Part shown: one piece after another, positions 60,529 to 64,000 of the stretch | Position numbering within the stretch: the first letter of the stretch is position 1 | How the letters are laid out: every line of letters starts with the position of its first letter | Assembly (NCBI RefSeq): GCF_030144855.1 | Contig: NC_082706.1 | Span: forward strand, 95,542,001 to 95,606,000 | From: Hypanus sabinus | Lineage: Eukaryota | Direction: 5' to 3' | DNA: 64,000 bases | Notes under the pieces: generated by a model | Seen by the model: the letters and a program-made list of their open reading frames with translations, nothing else | Told to the model about the DNA's origin: nothing | The model's database searches: none | Translations under genes and position numbers: made by a program

Positions 60529-63500
60529 CTGAAGAACAAAATCACATATGCTCCTCTTATATGCCCCCTTTCTTCATGCAGGCATTACCCTCACCCACAT
60601 TAAACATGGGTCTGATTTTACATCATTTATGAGTGTTGTCAGAATTCCAATGTCAATTTTTGCCCTTGGCATCAAAATTGTTATGACACACCTATGCAGT
60701 TCAATGCTGCAGGACTTTAATAATTAGTTTAGCATAGACAGATCCTTAATTCTCATGGACATAGTGGGCTGAAGGGTCTGTTTCTATGCTGTGTGACTTC
60801 ACAACTTTATATTTTCCTGAAGTATATGGCTCTGCCAGCTGTGTTCTCAAAGGAGAGAGGTAAGCAGATCTCAGTCACAGGCTGTTCCCTGAGATGCAAA
60901 TGTTGAAAAGGGGACAATAATTTAAAACACAAAGATGATGTCAAAGTATGATTATGTAAATAAAGGTACTGGGGAAAGAATTCTCTTATGCTAAACATGC
61001 AGTGTAAATGTTGGCAGTATTAATTTTCTGAGAAAGAATTGCTTTTTGCAATTGTGTAGATTGGAGTATTTTGAAGAGGGGTTGCGGTCGTTAACCGTAT
61101 TACAAAGGTTAAATACTGCAGATATTGGAAATCTGAGGTAAAAAGGGAAATTGCTAAACATGCTCAGCATCTCAGGGAGCAATAACAGTGAATATTTCTG
61201 AGCTAGAACCATTTCTCATGTCACAGGTGAACTCCGCATTTTAAGCTTTTATACCTGTCAGGTTAGTGTGAGTGCAGAGTCACGTGATGGCCCTGAGTTA
61301 AATGACAGCCCAGAGTCAAAAGTGGGTCCTGTCACATGAGGATCTAAAGTCATGGCTATCCCAGTCAAAGCCAGAATGGGCAGATTTCCTTGTTAAAGGG
61401 AATCAGTGAGCCACTTGGACTTTCTAGCATAAACCATGACTTTATGATCAATATTGGCGCTATTTTCTTACTGCAGATGCACTGAGTTAACTTAAACAAA
61501 CCCTCTCAATTGTCACTGTGGCAAACGAATGCACATCTCCAATTCGTTACTCTGAATCTCTGCCTTGCCCATGAATTAAGTCAAACATCACACTACCATT
61601 GATGAAATTCTGCTCCAAAGAAACTGAATTTAAGAACCAACAGACTCTGACATATCCATATTTAGCACACTGATAGAGAACCAATTCCCAGATCACAAAT
61701 GTGAGTAAAACTTTGGCAGATCTCTGATCTGCAATGGCAATGGCAGCTTGTCTTAAATTTAAGTGAGGTTATTTTAATTTTCCAGTCTCAGCTCCATGCT
61801 TCATAGTCCGAACTGTGAAAGGCTGCTGAGGAATTCACCCCTTAGTACCATCTTTCTTTCCTATATAAGCATTTCAAACGAGGTTAAATTAATTTGTTTC
61901 ACACCTTATTCACTGAACTAAATTCAGGATTCAAGCACATTGTTTAACATTAATTGCGAAAAAATATATAGAACCAAGCCTCATATAATTGGACTGTCAT
62001 TACATGTAAGTTGGGTTTTGAGCTCCATAATTAAAATGAGAGAATACCATGTATCATCATATTCAAAACAGGATGATGTAATTATACACTTGTATTTCAA
62101 ACCTGTTGTTTGCTCAAGTAAATTTTTACTTGTGGGTGCACAATATTTAATAGACATGACAGGCTGGGAAAGAACCCTCAAGGCATTTTTGTACTTAATA
62201 ATGGACAGAGGAAATATACTAATGAAATCTAATACCTCTGGAAAATGTGCAATAAATTATGCTATCGCAAAAGAGATGGAATAATGAAAGACATGTCCTT
62301 TTTGCAGAACCCATTGGCAGCAGAGTACAGGAACAGTGAAACAGGCTATGATTATTGCAAAAGTAATCCCAGGAACACACTGCACTCTGCATTACTGAAG
62401 TACAATATGACTGACATGCTGTTATGAAAAAGCTGGGGAGAATAAACAACCTTCGTTGATGCTTTTGAAGTACGTTACACAGAAAACAAGAAGGCAGCAG
62501 CTTGACATTGCAGCACATATAATTATTACAATTATTTATTGGTAATTATTCAAATGTACTGCATGATGAAACAGTCTCAGTAATTGGGGTCTACTATTGT
62601 TCTAACACCCTGTCCACAGGAATAAAAGAAATAGAAGTGAGTCTTGTCTATTCCACCCTTTGAACCCGATTAAATAAGATAATGAAAAGATTATTACAGA
62701 TACTACCCATCCAGCAAACTGCCTTTTCCAAGAACTCCCTATGGAAAGAGCTATTAAGACAAAAACTTCACGCCATCTTAAAAGTTTCTTCCCCAAGGCA
62801 GATGATCAGATCAACTATTCCAGTTATCCCACTACTCCCCCACCCCATTATCTATTATTTCAGTCACAGCATTGCACATAAACACTTTAAAACATTTTTT
62901 ATAATGCTGTTTATGTTATAAACACAAGCTGGTATTTATGCACATTGTATTCCATATCCACACTTCTGATTTTATTTTTATATAATTCTTTATACTTCAT
63001 AATTGTTATACGTTGTATTTTAGTTGCAAGCAGCACCACCACTCCACAGTAAATCCCTAATACATGTATAGGGTGAATAAAGTTGATGCTTGATCTGAAC
63101 TTGCTCTCAGATGCCCTTTCTGTGCATCACAGGCAAGGCCAGCATTTAGTGCCTATCCCTAATTGTCCTTGAGAAGGTACAAGAGAAGGTGCTGTCTCCA
63201 TGCTGTTGGAAGCCATGATTTAGACCCAGCAACAATAACAAAACTGGGGCATTTCCGAGTCGGATTGTGACATGCAGATGATGGTTTTCTCATTAGCCTG
63301 CTGCCCTTGTCCTTGGGACCTGGGGCTGGGAGGTGCTGTCAGAGTAGTCTAAGTTGACAGCTCACAATCAAGCCACAGCGTACCAGCTGGGGAGAGAAAG
63401 AAGTGGGCATGAAGGTGGAGCATGGGGTTACAGTCGTGTGGGCTGCTTTGTTCTGGGTGGTATCAAGGCTCTTTAGAGCCATTGGTACTCTAGTTCAACA

Positions 63501-63789
63501 GGAAATGAAACATGTTCCACTAAACTTCTGACCTGTGCTGGGAAGATGGTTGAAGGGCTTTGGGAAATCCATATACAAGTTCATGCAGCAACCTGCTAAA
63601 AACATCCTGGTGGGGTGTCACTAGGAAAAGAGAAAATTAGCTTCCTCTCAAGTTCCAAAAGCTGCCTAACATGAATCTATACAAATGACTCCACCTCTCC
63701 ATTGTCTAGGTACCCCATATGGGTATGTAGAGATGGGGAGATTCAGTCATTGTATAACGCTCTCCAACTAATGAGCGTCAGACCATTGG

Positions 63790-64000
63790 ACCATGAGACA
63801 TAGAAGCAGAATTAGAACATTTGGCCCATCGTCTGCTCCATCATTCTATCATGATTGATTTATTTTCCCTCTCAATCCCTGCCTTCTCCCTGTAACCTCT
63901 GACACCTTTATGAATCAAGAACCTACTAACTTCCACTTTAAATATACCCAAAGACTTGACCTCCACAGCCACCTGTGGCATTGAATTCCAGAGATTCACA
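63790..64000 (-). mobile_element. CR1 3' end (runs off window)
   Basis: Homologous to 8935-9160. Confidence 0.75.

Noticed and set aside
1-64000. CRISPR arrays, rRNA or tRNA genes, operons or prokaryotic defence systems
   Set aside because: None seen. This is vertebrate intronic DNA, and the tRNA-like pieces are decayed SINE heads.

Overview
Eukaryotic, repeat-rich vertebrate DNA. The repeat content (V-SINE and Deu-type SINEs, abundant CR1, Penelope and Rex1/Babar elements) suggests a cartilaginous fish such as a ray or shark; this is inference. The whole window lies inside one minus-strand gene. I reconstructed six phase-compatible GT-AG coding exons (60528-60439, 57691-57528, 57014-56865, 32902-32829, 25864-25747, 19777-19538; 836 nt, no stops). 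Their product resembles OFCC1/ojoplano (Opo), recognised from memory rather than by search. Neither the start nor the stop is visible. The introns are filled with mostly dead, often nested mobile elements: a Mag-like Gypsy LTR element carrying a PIF/Harbinger MITE in gag, a full-length IR/DR Tc1, an internally deleted Tigger, four Penelope-like elements with decayed hammerhead ribozyme motifs, CR1/RTE/Rex1 LINE fragments, non-autonomous retroposons, solo LTRs and SINEs. There are two N-gaps. I found no prokaryote-type system and no clearly new biological system. The best leads are the intact OFCC1 exon chain, candidate conserved enhancers in its introns, the PLE hammerhead motifs and some apparently non-autonomous retroposon families.
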